Source: a bacterium (GTDB lineage: Bacteria > Desulfobacterota > DSWW01). Taken from it: a stretch of 64,000 nt of DNA. A model generated the notes under the pieces. It was not told the origin of the DNA. It saw nothing but the letters and a program-made list of their open reading frames with translations, and made no database searches. Shown here piece after piece: positions 46,254 through 55,108 of this stretch; within the stretch, counting starts at the first letter, position 1; each line of letters starts with the position of its first letter. The translations under genes and the position numbers were made by a program. The stretch spans positions 64,001-128,000 of the forward strand of contig JBFLZG010000062.1 of assembly GCA_040756235.1 (NCBI GenBank), given 5' to 3'.

Positions 46254-46997
46254 TCACTGGCAGACAACGTTCTCGATCTCACTGTCGCCCCTGACCCGGC
46301 TTCCATCTACGAGTCGCTCGTCCAGAATGCACGGAAAGAGCTGTCCGAGCTCGTGTCTCGGATGGGGTCGGTAACTGCATGACTCGGCATAGAGGCCGTC
46401 TACCACGCAATTGCGGGTGTTGAAAAGCCAGAGGCCACCCCTGCAGCGGTAGATTTCCACGTTCTGGATCGCTACCCCGACGATGGGGGTCAAGGTCTCG
46501 GCCTCGAGCAGGATGCCGTTACCCGGAAAGTCGCTGACCCTGACGTTGGCGATGAGGCCTCCATCCGTGGCACCGTGGATCGTGAGCCCGCTGTAAAGAT
46601 TCCCGTCTGGTGATCTGCCTCTCCCAAAGATCTCGACCGAATCGATCAGGACGGCCCCGTCGATCCTGATCGACATGCCCAGCGTGCCGGGATGGTCGAA
46701 GATCGTATCCTGCACGACGAGGTCGCCACGCCCCTGGACCCTCAGGCTCGCACCCCGGAAGGTGCAGTTGCGAATGATCACGTTGTTGCGGTTGAGGCGG
46801 ATGCGAAGGTCCCGGATGAAGACCCTGTTCGCGTAGACAAGGGTGGTGCCATCGCGGTCCGGAACATCCGCGCCGGCGGCGGCCACGCTTCGCGCTAAGA
46901 GCGCGCAGAGGATGGCGAGACAGGAAATGACAGGGAGTACGTTTCGGTTCCAAGCAGGCTCTCGCAAGGTTGCTCCCCCTGTGTGTGTGCTGGACAT
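46254..46997 (-). CDS. Secreted right-handed parallel beta-helix protein
   Basis: Signal-like segment; NVIIRNCTF, IANVRV, IQNVEI coil pattern. Confidence 0.72.
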   Translation of the reverse strand: MSSTHTGGATLREPAWNRNVLPVISCLAILCALLARSVAAAGADVPDRDGTTLVYANRVFIRDLRIRLNRNNVIIRNCTFRGASLRVQGRGDLVVQDTIFDHPGTLGMSIRIDGAVLIDSVEIFGRGRSPDGNLYSGLTIHGATDGGLIANVRVSDFPGNGILLEAETLTPIVGVAIQNVEIYRCRGGLWLFNTRNCVVDGLYAESCSYRPHPRHELGQLFPCILDERLVDGSRVRGDSEIENVVCQ

Positions 46998-47008
46998 GGG
47001 GGACCGTA

Positions 47009-47025
47009 GTGCAAACCCCGTTCCA
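47009..47025 (-). promoter_or_regulatory. Possible sigma-54 promoter
   Basis: Minus strand TGGAACGGGGTTTGCA (GG-N10-GC); implies the true start codon may lie downstream of 46997. Confidence 0.5.
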
Positions 47026-47165
47026 TCTCTTCCAAGGGATAGAAGGAGAAGCTCCTCTTCCTCAGATCGACGCGCAGATCGGGCAATCCACGGGACCGGC
47101 GCAATGAAGATGCACTCGTCAGACCTGATGCGAGGACATCGAAGCGGAAAATCGCTACCGTGAGG

Positions 47166-48620
47166 TTACAATGATGTAACGATTGCGGTCCCGCGGAGGA
47201 CGGGCGCGGTGTGGGCGATATCCTTTCTGAAGATCTTGAGCTCGTAAGCGAAAATGATACCGAGGGAGGCCCAGATGGCCCTGGAGTTTTCCACGTTGGC
47301 GACACCGGCCTGGGCCAGAGTGCTCACGATGGAGGCGAGAAGGGCCGCGTGGATTTTCAAGGCCGGCTCCGAAGCTGGAGTTCGCGAGATGCGTCGGAGC
47401 AGGGTGAAGACGAAGCAAAGAAAAATAGCGAGGAACAGGAAGAGGCCGGGGAGCCCCATTTCGCACAAAAGCGACAAGTAGGTGGAATGGCTCACGGCGA
47501 GCTCTCTCTTCACTCCGCCGAGCCCTGCGGCCGACCATTTCGTGCCGGTCCCCTCGGGAAGGGCCTGTTCGGGGGAAGCCAGGGCGAAATTTCCGAGCCC
47601 GACCCCGAACAGGGCGTGGTCCTCCCAGATCTCGAGAGAGGTCGTCCAGAGAGCCAACCTGCGCTGGTGGGACTTGTCGTCGAGATCGGTGATCGAAAGG
47701 ATGCGATCCATGTAAACCCGGGAGTCGTCGCTCGCCAGATAGACGACTGCGGCGGCAGTCAGGGTCCCCAGCGCCAGGGCCAAGATCCTCACCCGGCGTC
47801 GGGGCAGGAAGACCATCAGCGTGAAGGCTCCAACCGCGAAAGCGGCCACGCTCCCCTTGGATGCAGAAAGCAGGATGGCGACCCCGTGGGTCACCATGCA
47901 GGGGATCAGGAAGCGTTTGTTCCCGCCCAGGACGATGTACACGTAGCTGAGGAGAAAGGTCGTCGTGAGGTATCCGGCGAACAGGTTGGGGTTCCCCAGG
48001 GTCCCCATGGCTCGGAAGTCGCCGGCAGCGAAGTTGCGGATGTGGAAGAGCTGATAGGCAAGGGCCCCGCCAATGCCGAGCAGCCCCACAAGCGTGCCGG
48101 TGATGATCCAGAATTTCAGCAGGACCTTCATATCCCCGAGGTCCTCTATGAGGTTGAGGATAACGTAGAAGTAGAGGAACAGGGCGACGATCTTGAGCAA
48201 GCTCACGAGATGGGAGATCTTGAGCATCTCGATACGGAGCGTGTGGCCGCCGATGACGATGGACAGGGCCGCCCAGAGGGTATACGCCAGGCAGAGCCAG
48301 AACAGAGGCACCTGTAGCGGTTGGCTCCGCTTCAGCAGGCCATGAAGCAGGTAGAGAGCCGCCGCGGGAACCAGCAAGTCGGCGAGACTCAGGTTCATGG
48401 CGAAGGCGGCGGCCTGGCGGGATTGGACGAGCGCGGGGGTCATGATCGGGATGCCTGCTGCAAGGCCGATGAGGAACGCCTTTTTGGGGGCTCCGGCGTG
48501 GTGATAGAGAAAGGCGAGGGTCGCTGCCGCCAGCAAGGCCAGCAACGTGCACAGCACCAGGGCGGCCATGATCGGCCCGGCCGTGACCATCGAAGCCAGC
48601 TCGGAGAGCAGGTCAAACAT
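47166..48620 (-). CDS. O-antigen ligase/Wzy polymerase-family membrane protein
   Basis: Many TMs; RAMGTLGNPNLFAGYL, SASKG, R...W......LFGVGLGNF, HSTYL...EMG..G. Confidence 0.92.
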   Translation of the reverse strand: MFDLLSELASMVTAGPIMAALVLCTLLALLAAATLAFLYHHAGAPKKAFLIGLAAGIPIMTPALVQSRQAAAFAMNLSLADLLVPAAALYLLHGLLKRSQPLQVPLFWLCLAYTLWAALSIVIGGHTLRIEMLKISHLVSLLKIVALFLYFYVILNLIEDLGDMKVLLKFWIITGTLVGLLGIGGALAYQLFHIRNFAAGDFRAMGTLGNPNLFAGYLTTTFLLSYVYIVLGGNKRFLIPCMVTHGVAILLSASKGSVAAFAVGAFTLMVFLPRRRVRILALALGTLTAAAVVYLASDDSRVYMDRILSITDLDDKSHQRRLALWTTSLEIWEDHALFGVGLGNFALASPEQALPEGTGTKWSAAGLGGVKRELAVSHSTYLSLLCEMGLPGLFLFLAIFLCFVFTLLRRISRTPASEPALKIHAALLASIVSTLAQAGVANVENSRAIWASLGIIFAYELKIFRKDIAHTAPVLRGTAIVTSL

Positions 48621-50088
48621 GCTTGGCGTCTCCGTCTGCCGCCATGGGCCGTTTAGGGGTTCGGGCGATCCCCCGGATGAACTCGAGCTCCTTGCGAGAG
48701 AAGGCCCGGACCAGGAGGAGGGCGGCCGGGTAGATCAGCAGGGCCGCGGCCATGGAGCAGAGGAGGGGAGCTCCCCTGAGAAGGAACAACACCATGCCCA
48801 TGACGAGGCTGGCGGCCAAAGGCTTGCAGAAGACCTCCAGGAACGGGAGAGGGGCGATCGCCCTGGACATGAAGAGGTAGTTGAGGGTGAAAAGGAGCGT
48901 TTCGCCGGCGACGAACGCCATGGAGGCACCCAGGTATCCGTATCGGGAGATGAGCAGGAGCGACAGCAAGACGTTGACCACGATGGCTGCCGCTTCGTGC
49001 TTCAAATTGGCCGTTTGGTGATCGGCAGCCGGGAAGATGAAGCGGTACATCCGATTCATGAATCTCAGCACGAGGGTGAGGCTTAGGACCTGCAGGCTCA
49101 GGATCGATGTGGCGAATCCGTGGTGGAAGACCAAGGCGATCACCTCATCGGCCACGAACAGGAGACCGACCGAAATCGGGGCGGCAACCAGGACGAGGTA
49201 TTTCGAAACCTGGGCGTAGAAGTCCGGGAGCCGCTCGTCCTTTTCGTGGACGTACCGTGAGAAGACCGGGAAGAACGAGGTCGTCAGAGTGATCGCCAGG
49301 AAAAGAAAGCCGGTGGTCAAGGTCGTCCCGACGCTGTAGGCGGCGATGTCCTCGGGTTCGGCCAGCCATTTCAGGAGGGCGATGTTGGCGTAGTTGTAGG
49401 TGACGGAAGTGATGAAGGTGACCCCCACGGGGAGGGCGACCCGGAGGTGTTCCTTGAAACGCTGTCGGTCGAAGCGGAAGGAGGGCTTGATCCCTTTGAG
49501 CAGCACCAACGTGATGCCGAGACCGGTCCTCAAGACGTTCGCCGCGAGCTGCGCCGCGAGCATATGGAGAATGCTGAGCTTTTCCGAGATGAAGAAATAG
49601 ATGCAGGTGATCCAGACGAGCTGGCTCACGGCCGTGAGCACCGCCTCGTATTCCATGCTCTCGATGCCCCGGAAGACCCAGATGGAAACATCCTGGGAGG
49701 CACCGACAACGGCAGCCAGCGAGACGACGAGCAGGAAAGGGACCGAGGGGGCCGGAACGACCGACACGGCCAGGACCGCGATCACGGCCATGAAGAGCGC
49801 GGACAGCGAGGCCTTCAGGATGACGGCGTCGCCGAAATAGAGGGAAACGTCCTTGCGGTTGCGGGCGATCTCCCGGACGATGATGACCTCGAGGCCGATG
49901 TCGCTGAACTGCTGAAGAAAAAAGATGAGCCCGTACCAGAAGGTGTATTCGCCGTACTGGCGTTCGCCAAGGTAGCGGCCGAGCATACCCATGACGACGA
50001 TGCTGACCAGGATGCTCAGGATCCGTGCGGCGAAACGGCTGAAGAAGTTGACGAGAATGCGGACAGGGGTGGACCGGCGGCTGCGCAT
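48613..50088 (-). CDS. Wzx-type flippase
   Basis: RYLG...YG.Y, DIGL....VREIA, YGYLGASMA; about 12-14 TMs. Confidence 0.92.
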   Translation of the reverse strand: MRSRRSTPVRILVNFFSRFAARILSILVSIVVMGMLGRYLGERQYGEYTFWYGLIFFLQQFSDIGLEVIIVREIARNRKDVSLYFGDAVILKASLSALFMAVIAVLAVSVVPAPSVPFLLVVSLAAVVGASQDVSIWVFRGIESMEYEAVLTAVSQLVWITCIYFFISEKLSILHMLAAQLAANVLRTGLGITLVLLKGIKPSFRFDRQRFKEHLRVALPVGVTFITSVTYNYANIALLKWLAEPEDIAAYSVGTTLTTGFLFLAITLTTSFFPVFSRYVHEKDERLPDFYAQVSKYLVLVAAPISVGLLFVADEVIALVFHHGFATSILSLQVLSLTLVLRFMNRMYRFIFPAADHQTANLKHEAAAIVVNVLLSLLLISRYGYLGASMAFVAGETLLFTLNYLFMSRAIAPLPFLEVFCKPLAASLVMGMVLFLLRGAPLLCSMAAALLIYPAALLLVRAFSRKELEFIRGIARTPKRPMAADGDAKHV

Positions 50089-51272
50089 CAGGAAGACCGT
50101 CCTCTGAGCCGATCGAGCTCGTCCTGGAGATCTCGGATCTTCTCCTGGCACTTCGCAAGTTCGAGGTCCCGGTCCTGCAGGAGCTTGCGCGTCCTGGACC
50201 AGGTGTTCAGATGGTCCAGGGCCGCTTCTCCGGCGGGCTCTTCCACGCTCTTTCGCTCCTGGAGCCACGCCGGGGCATCCCGGTCCGGGGTGTCTGAGCA
50301 AAGGGTGGAGAGGATGCGGAACATGTGGTCCTGGTGGAGCCGGATTTCTTCAACCGAACGCCGGATCTCGGCCATGGAATCGGTCGCAAGCGGGGAGGCC
50401 TGCACTTCGGCCGGATGGTTCCAAGGCTCCAGGCCTTCTCTTGTGTGCGCCTGCAGGTGCTGTCCCACCTCCCAGTCCTTGACCACCTCGCGGATGACGT
50501 CTTCGCCGATCTTGGTGAGCTTGTCGGCAAAACCGTAGACGAGCGCCACGTGACAGATGAGGTTGATCAGCCGCGGGATCCCGTCGGAAAACTTGTGGAC
50601 CTCTCGCATCGCCTCGAGGGCGAACAGATCCGGGTCCCGGGCCTGGGCAACGTGGAGGCGGTGTCGGATGTACTCGACGGTCTCGTCGGCGTCCAATGCC
50701 GGGAGGTGATAATCATAAGTCACCCTCTGGGCGAACGGGAGCATTCTGGGATCACACAGTTTCTCCCTCAGGGCAGGCTGGCCCACGAGGACGATCTGCA
50801 TGAGGTGCCTGCTTTCGGTGTCCATGTTCGAGAGAAGCCGGACTTCCTCGAGGGTCTCGAAAGGCAGGTTCTGCGCCTCATCGATGATGAGGGCGAGCTG
50901 ATTTCGGCCGAGGGCCTCCTTGCGGACGAATTCCCTCAGGGTCGCCAGTCTCTCGGTCCTGCTCTTGGCCTGATAGGGCAGACCATACGCCTCCAGCACC
51001 GGCTCGAGGAACTCCTCGGGCGGGAGCTGCGTGTTGAAAATGATCGCGATCTTGACCCCTCGGTCGGCTCTCTTCTTGTTCAGCAGATGGCGGATCAACG
51101 TGGTCTTGCCGGCTCCGACTTGTCCGGTCACGACGATGAAGCCGGCCTGGTCCAGGAGGCCGTACTCCAGCAGGCTCAGGGCCCGCCGGTGCTTGGCGCT
51201 CAGGAAGAAGAACTGGGGGTCCGGCAGGAGCTCGAAGGGCTTCTTCTTCAAGTGGTAATGCCGTTCGTACAT
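50088..51272 (-). CDS. ExeA-family AAA ATPase of the type found in PEP-CTERM/EPS loci
   Basis: MYERHY.L...PF...PDP.F, TGQVGAGKTT, IIDEAQNL, LVGQP.L, GIPRLIN.IC; C-terminal coiled coil. Confidence 0.92.
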   Translation of the reverse strand: MYERHYHLKKKPFELLPDPQFFFLSAKHRRALSLLEYGLLDQAGFIVVTGQVGAGKTTLIRHLLNKKRADRGVKIAIIFNTQLPPEEFLEPVLEAYGLPYQAKSRTERLATLREFVRKEALGRNQLALIIDEAQNLPFETLEEVRLLSNMDTESRHLMQIVLVGQPALREKLCDPRMLPFAQRVTYDYHLPALDADETVEYIRHRLHVAQARDPDLFALEAMREVHKFSDGIPRLINLICHVALVYGFADKLTKIGEDVIREVVKDWEVGQHLQAHTREGLEPWNHPAEVQASPLATDSMAEIRRSVEEIRLHQDHMFRILSTLCSDTPDRDAPAWLQERKSVEEPAGEAALDHLNTWSRTRKLLQDRDLELAKCQEKIRDLQDELDRLRGRSS

Positions 51273-51331
51273 GCGTGTCTCCGAGGGGCAAGCGGGGCTC
51301 GGGAACGAATCGGACGGGGACGGTGATGCGC

Positions 51332-52099
51332 TCACCTGGCCTTGTTCAGGACCAGCCCGATCAGAGGCTTGCCCCGGAGGAGCTCTTTGGCCTTGTTGAC
51401 TTTGTCGACCGGGGTCTTGCCCGCCTCGACCACCATCAGGATGGCGTCGACCGCCTCGGAGAAGACCAGGGCGTCCGCCGAGTTGAGCAGAGGGGGCGTG
51501 TCGAAGATCAGGATGCAGCCTTCGAACTGCCTCCGCAGCTCGGCCATCAGCTCTTTCATGCGATGGGAACCGAGCAGCTCCGGTGAATTCGCGACGGCGC
51601 GGCCGGCCGGGATCACGGAAAGCCGCTCGATCGGCCGCACGATGAGATCCTGGAGCGGTCTTCCATCGAGCAGATGGTCCGCCAGGCCGGGCAGGGCCGG
51701 ATCCAGGCCCAGGAGCTCCTTGAGGCCGGGGTTTCGCAGGTCCGCCTCCACGAGGAGAACCGCCCTGTCGATCTGCTGGGCGAAGGAGATCGCCAGGTTC
51801 AAAGCGGTGAGCGTCTTGCCTTCGTCGTCGATTGCGCTCGTCACCATCAGAGCGTCCGCCTGGCCCCCTCTCGGGCCGCGCTGATCGACCTGGGTCCTCA
51901 GGACCTTGTACGAGTCGGTGAGGGCCGTGCCGCAGGGCCCGGCGATCACTCTGCGCTTCACGAGGGCGTCCCGGTCCGCGGCGGGTGTGCGGAGGGTCGG
52001 CGCGCCGGGCGCTGGGGCGGTCCCGTCCGCATGGCCGGCGGGGACCGCCGGTTCCTGTTTTCTCCTGACCTCCTCGAGTGCTCTTTCGATCTTTTCCAT
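51332..52099 (-). CDS. CpsD/CapB-family tyrosine kinase
   Basis: MEKIERALE, EGKT, LVEADLRNP, FDTPPLL, GLVLN. Confidence 0.92.
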   Translation of the reverse strand: MEKIERALEEVRRKQEPAVPAGHADGTAPAPGAPTLRTPAADRDALVKRRVIAGPCGTALTDSYKVLRTQVDQRGPRGGQADALMVTSAIDDEGKTLTALNLAISFAQQIDRAVLLVEADLRNPGLKELLGLDPALPGLADHLLDGRPLQDLIVRPIERLSVIPAGRAVANSPELLGSHRMKELMAELRRQFEGCILIFDTPPLLNSADALVFSEAVDAILMVVEAGKTPVDKVNKAKELLRGKPLIGLVLNKAR

Positions 52100-52174
52100 C
52101 GCTCTTGCTCCATGCGAACGGATCAGCGCTGCGGCCGCGCGCTTCGGCGCGCACCCGCCCGGGGGGGGGCGCTG

Positions 52175-53890
52175 CTATGCGTAGTTTGCCCGGTAATAGG
52201 CAAAGGCCCAGCCAAGGAAACACAGGAGCAGCACGGCCGCGACGACGGCCAGAGCCTTGCTCCACTTCGTGCGCCGCCTGTCGCGCTCGTCCTTCACGTA
52301 GGGGATGGCGGAAAGGACCGGCAGTCCGGTGGCCGACTGGAGCTGTTCGGCCGTCCTGACCGAGCTGTCGGTCAGCTCCGCCAGATAGACGCTCCCAAGC
52401 CCGGCGCTGAGGCTGAGCACGAGACCGAGCAGGAAGATGACCGGCACGTTGGGCTCCGAGGGGGTCTCCGGGAGATTGGCCGGATCGAGGATGGTGAATC
52501 TCGCTCCCTTGCGCTCCGCTTCGATGCCCTTGGCCGAGGTGGCGGCCGAGATCTGGGTGAGGCAGTCCTGGTACTGCTGTTTGAGATTCTCGTAGTCACG
52601 GGTGAGCCCGAGGAACGCCTCCTCGACGACAGGGGTGGCCTGGATTCGGGCCTGGAGGACGCGCCGCCTCTCCTGGAGGCGCGAAAGGTTCTGCTGGGAC
52701 TCGCCGAGATTCAGGTTTGCGATCTTGAGCTGGGTCTGGAGGTCGATATAGGCGGGGTTGTCCGGCGTGCGTGCTGCGGTCTCCTGGTTGGCCGCGAGCT
52801 CCTGGGAGAGCGCCGCGAGCTCCTCCCGAAGCTGTCGGACCTCCCTGGCCGTGCGGATCAGGTCCGGATGCTGCGGGCTCATACGGGCGGTCATGTCCGC
52901 GTACTGCGTCTCGAGGGTGCGGAGCCTCTTCTCGGTATCGATGAGCCTTTGCTTCCTGGAGACCACCGTTTCCATCTCGGCAATCGATTTTCTCAAAGCC
53001 AGGATGTCCGGGTGTTTGTCGGACATCGACGCCCTCTTGGAGACGTACTCGAAGCGGAGTGCGTCCAGCTGGTCCTCGGGGTCGGTTACCTTTTCGCCGG
53101 TGGACTCGACGATGCGGGCGTACGGCTTCGTCTTCTTCAGGTCGCCCTCGATCTCGGACTTCCTCTCCTTCAGGTTCAGGAGCTCGGCGGTCTGCGCCTC
53201 GATACCGGCCTCGGCGCTCCTCAGGCTTTCCAGGTTGGTCGCCAACAGCTCCGGCATCTCGTTCACGTGGAGCTCTTTGAACCGGGCGATCTCCCTTTCG
53301 AGGGAGGTGATCTTCTGTTCGAGCTCGCTCTTCTTCGAGTCGAGGTAGGTCGTGGTCTCGTCGAGGCGCCTCTCGATGCGGATGGCGTTCTGGTTCACGT
53401 ACAGGTTGGCGAGCTCGCTGGTCACCCGATAGGCGAGCTCGGGGTCCGGATGGGCGTAGGTGATGGTGAAGGAGAGCGTGGCCTGCATCGGTCTCCCGGA
53501 TCCCTGGGGCACCACATGGGTGCTGTTGGTCTCGAAGGTGATGTCCTCCTTCATCTTCTCGATCATCTCGTCGATCGTCCGGTGCCGGCGGCTGTCGGCA
53601 TACAGATTGTACCGTTGAATGAGGTCGGCCAGAGGCTTGCGGCTCATGATGAGCTGGGTGAGCGCATCGACACGCTGGTTTACGAAGCTGTTGAACGAGC
53701 CGCCGACCAGATCTTCCGGAATGTCGCTCTCCTCGGCGAGGATCGTGGTCGAAGAGGTGTACGCGACCGGCAGGAGGAAGGCCAGCAGGATGGTGGCGGC
53801 CATGAGAGCGGCGGACGGCACGAGAAGGTAGAGGATCCTGCGGCGCAGGAGGCCGCCCACACCCAAGATTCTCCTCTGGTCGATTTCCAT
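52175..53890 (-). CDS. Polysaccharide co-polymerase/chain-length determinant (Wzz/GumC-like)
   Basis: N- and C-terminal TMs, long coiled coil, HPD motifs, F.ILDPA.LP..P..P. Confidence 0.93.
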   Translation of the reverse strand: MEIDQRRILGVGGLLRRRILYLLVPSAALMAATILLAFLLPVAYTSSTTILAEESDIPEDLVGGSFNSFVNQRVDALTQLIMSRKPLADLIQRYNLYADSRRHRTIDEMIEKMKEDITFETNSTHVVPQGSGRPMQATLSFTITYAHPDPELAYRVTSELANLYVNQNAIRIERRLDETTTYLDSKKSELEQKITSLEREIARFKELHVNEMPELLATNLESLRSAEAGIEAQTAELLNLKERKSEIEGDLKKTKPYARIVESTGEKVTDPEDQLDALRFEYVSKRASMSDKHPDILALRKSIAEMETVVSRKQRLIDTEKRLRTLETQYADMTARMSPQHPDLIRTAREVRQLREELAALSQELAANQETAARTPDNPAYIDLQTQLKIANLNLGESQQNLSRLQERRRVLQARIQATPVVEEAFLGLTRDYENLKQQYQDCLTQISAATSAKGIEAERKGARFTILDPANLPETPSEPNVPVIFLLGLVLSLSAGLGSVYLAELTDSSVRTAEQLQSATGLPVLSAIPYVKDERDRRRTKWSKALAVVAAVLLLCFLGWAFAYYRANYA

Positions 53891-53902
53891 GTTGCCTGTC
53901 TC

Positions 53903-55108
53903 CTAGAGATCGTGGGTTCCGTAGCGCATGCCTTCGAAGGGAAGGGCCGCAATGTCCTCGACCGGCTGCCATTGAAGCCGCACAGCCACGGCTACGATAT
54001 GGCCATCGATTTCGTTGCCGCTGGAATGGTTGGAGAGATGCAGGAAGCGATAATAGAGCTCGGCCACCAAGCGTCGCCCCAGGAGCCAGGCAAGCCCCGG
54101 GGTGCCCTGGAACACGTCCGAGTCGATTTCGGACCCGGAGAGGAGGGAGTCGCTTCCGACCCAGTGGCCTACGAAATAGAAGGCCAGAGGTTCGTAAGGG
54201 TTGAGACTCAGCGTCATGTTGGCCCGGTTCTGCTGGATCGCCGCCCCTACGGGGCTGGTGATCACACCCCGGCTCGCGATCAGCTCCAGGGACAGGGGCC
54301 GGAACTCTTTGAACATGCGGAATACCGCCTCCAGAGCATGATCTTCCTCGACTTCGCCCAGAGATTGTCGGAGATAGCGGTACCCCAGAGCGCCTTCCAC
54401 GGTCAAAGTGTCCGAGAAAGCGTGCTCCAGAGAAGCGAGGAAGTTGCCGGAAGTCACCGATTCCGGATCGTAGTCCCAGCGCGAGCCCCCGACTTCGGCT
54501 GAGACCGTGGTCTTCCTGTCAGCCAGCTCGCGGGTGAATCGCAGAGCGCCGCCTTCGGTGCGGTAATCGCGCAGAGCGGGGTCCCGGTACTCGCCCCAGG
54601 TGAAGATTGCCCTGGGAGCCAGGCTCGTTCTCTCTCCCAGGGCCACGCTGACGAAAGGCTCGGCGGTCCAGAGCCGTCTGCGGTGCCGGTCGACGGCAAT
54701 CCCCAGGGCGGTCACCTCCCGCTCGATCGAGTGGTCTTCGTTGAAGGAGGCGTCGGCGCCTGCAGCCCATCGCTCGCTGGCGTCCACGGAGCCGCTCAGA
54801 GAGTAAAGCTGATTGGTGGCGTCGAGGCCGTCCTGCCTGGCGTAGAGCTCATGCTCGATGCCCAGGGAGACCTCGCCGCGTGCGCGGTCGCCCTCCAACC
54901 ATCCCTCGAGCTTGGGCGCAAGGACGGTGACGAAGTCCTCTTCGCGGTCCTGAGCGGTGAAGAGCACGTTCGAACGGTAATCCTCCTGGACCGCCAGAAG
55001 CGGGTTCAGGCGGATCTGGGTGTCTGCGCTGCCGGTGGCTGGCGAGCACCAGAACAGCATCGCCACGAGCCACCCGGCCCTGATGGTGTTCCAGGGGTGC
55101 CGTTTCAT
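53903..55108 (-). CDS. EPS-locus outer-membrane beta-barrel protein
   Basis: Signal peptide; P.L.V.E.Y.SNV.......EDFVT...P N-terminal pattern; amphipathic strands. Confidence 0.82.
   Translation of the reverse strand: MKRHPWNTIRAGWLVAMLFWCSPATGSADTQIRLNPLLAVQEDYRSNVLFTAQDREEDFVTVLAPKLEGWLEGDRARGEVSLGIEHELYARQDGLDATNQLYSLSGSVDASERWAAGADASFNEDHSIEREVTALGIAVDRHRRRLWTAEPFVSVALGERTSLAPRAIFTWGEYRDPALRDYRTEGGALRFTRELADRKTTVSAEVGGSRWDYDPESVTSGNFLASLEHAFSDTLTVEGALGYRYLRQSLGEVEEDHALEAVFRMFKEFRPLSLELIASRGVITSPVGAAIQQNRANMTLSLNPYEPLAFYFVGHWVGSDSLLSGSEIDSDVFQGTPGLAWLLGRRLVAELYYRFLHLSNHSSGNEIDGHIVAVAVRLQWQPVEDIAALPFEGMRYGTHDL

Noticed and set aside
50088..51272. ExeA-like ATPase as evidence of a type II secretion system or transposon helper
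   Set aside because: No gsp or transposase genes nearby; it is embedded in, and overlaps the next gene of, the EPS operon
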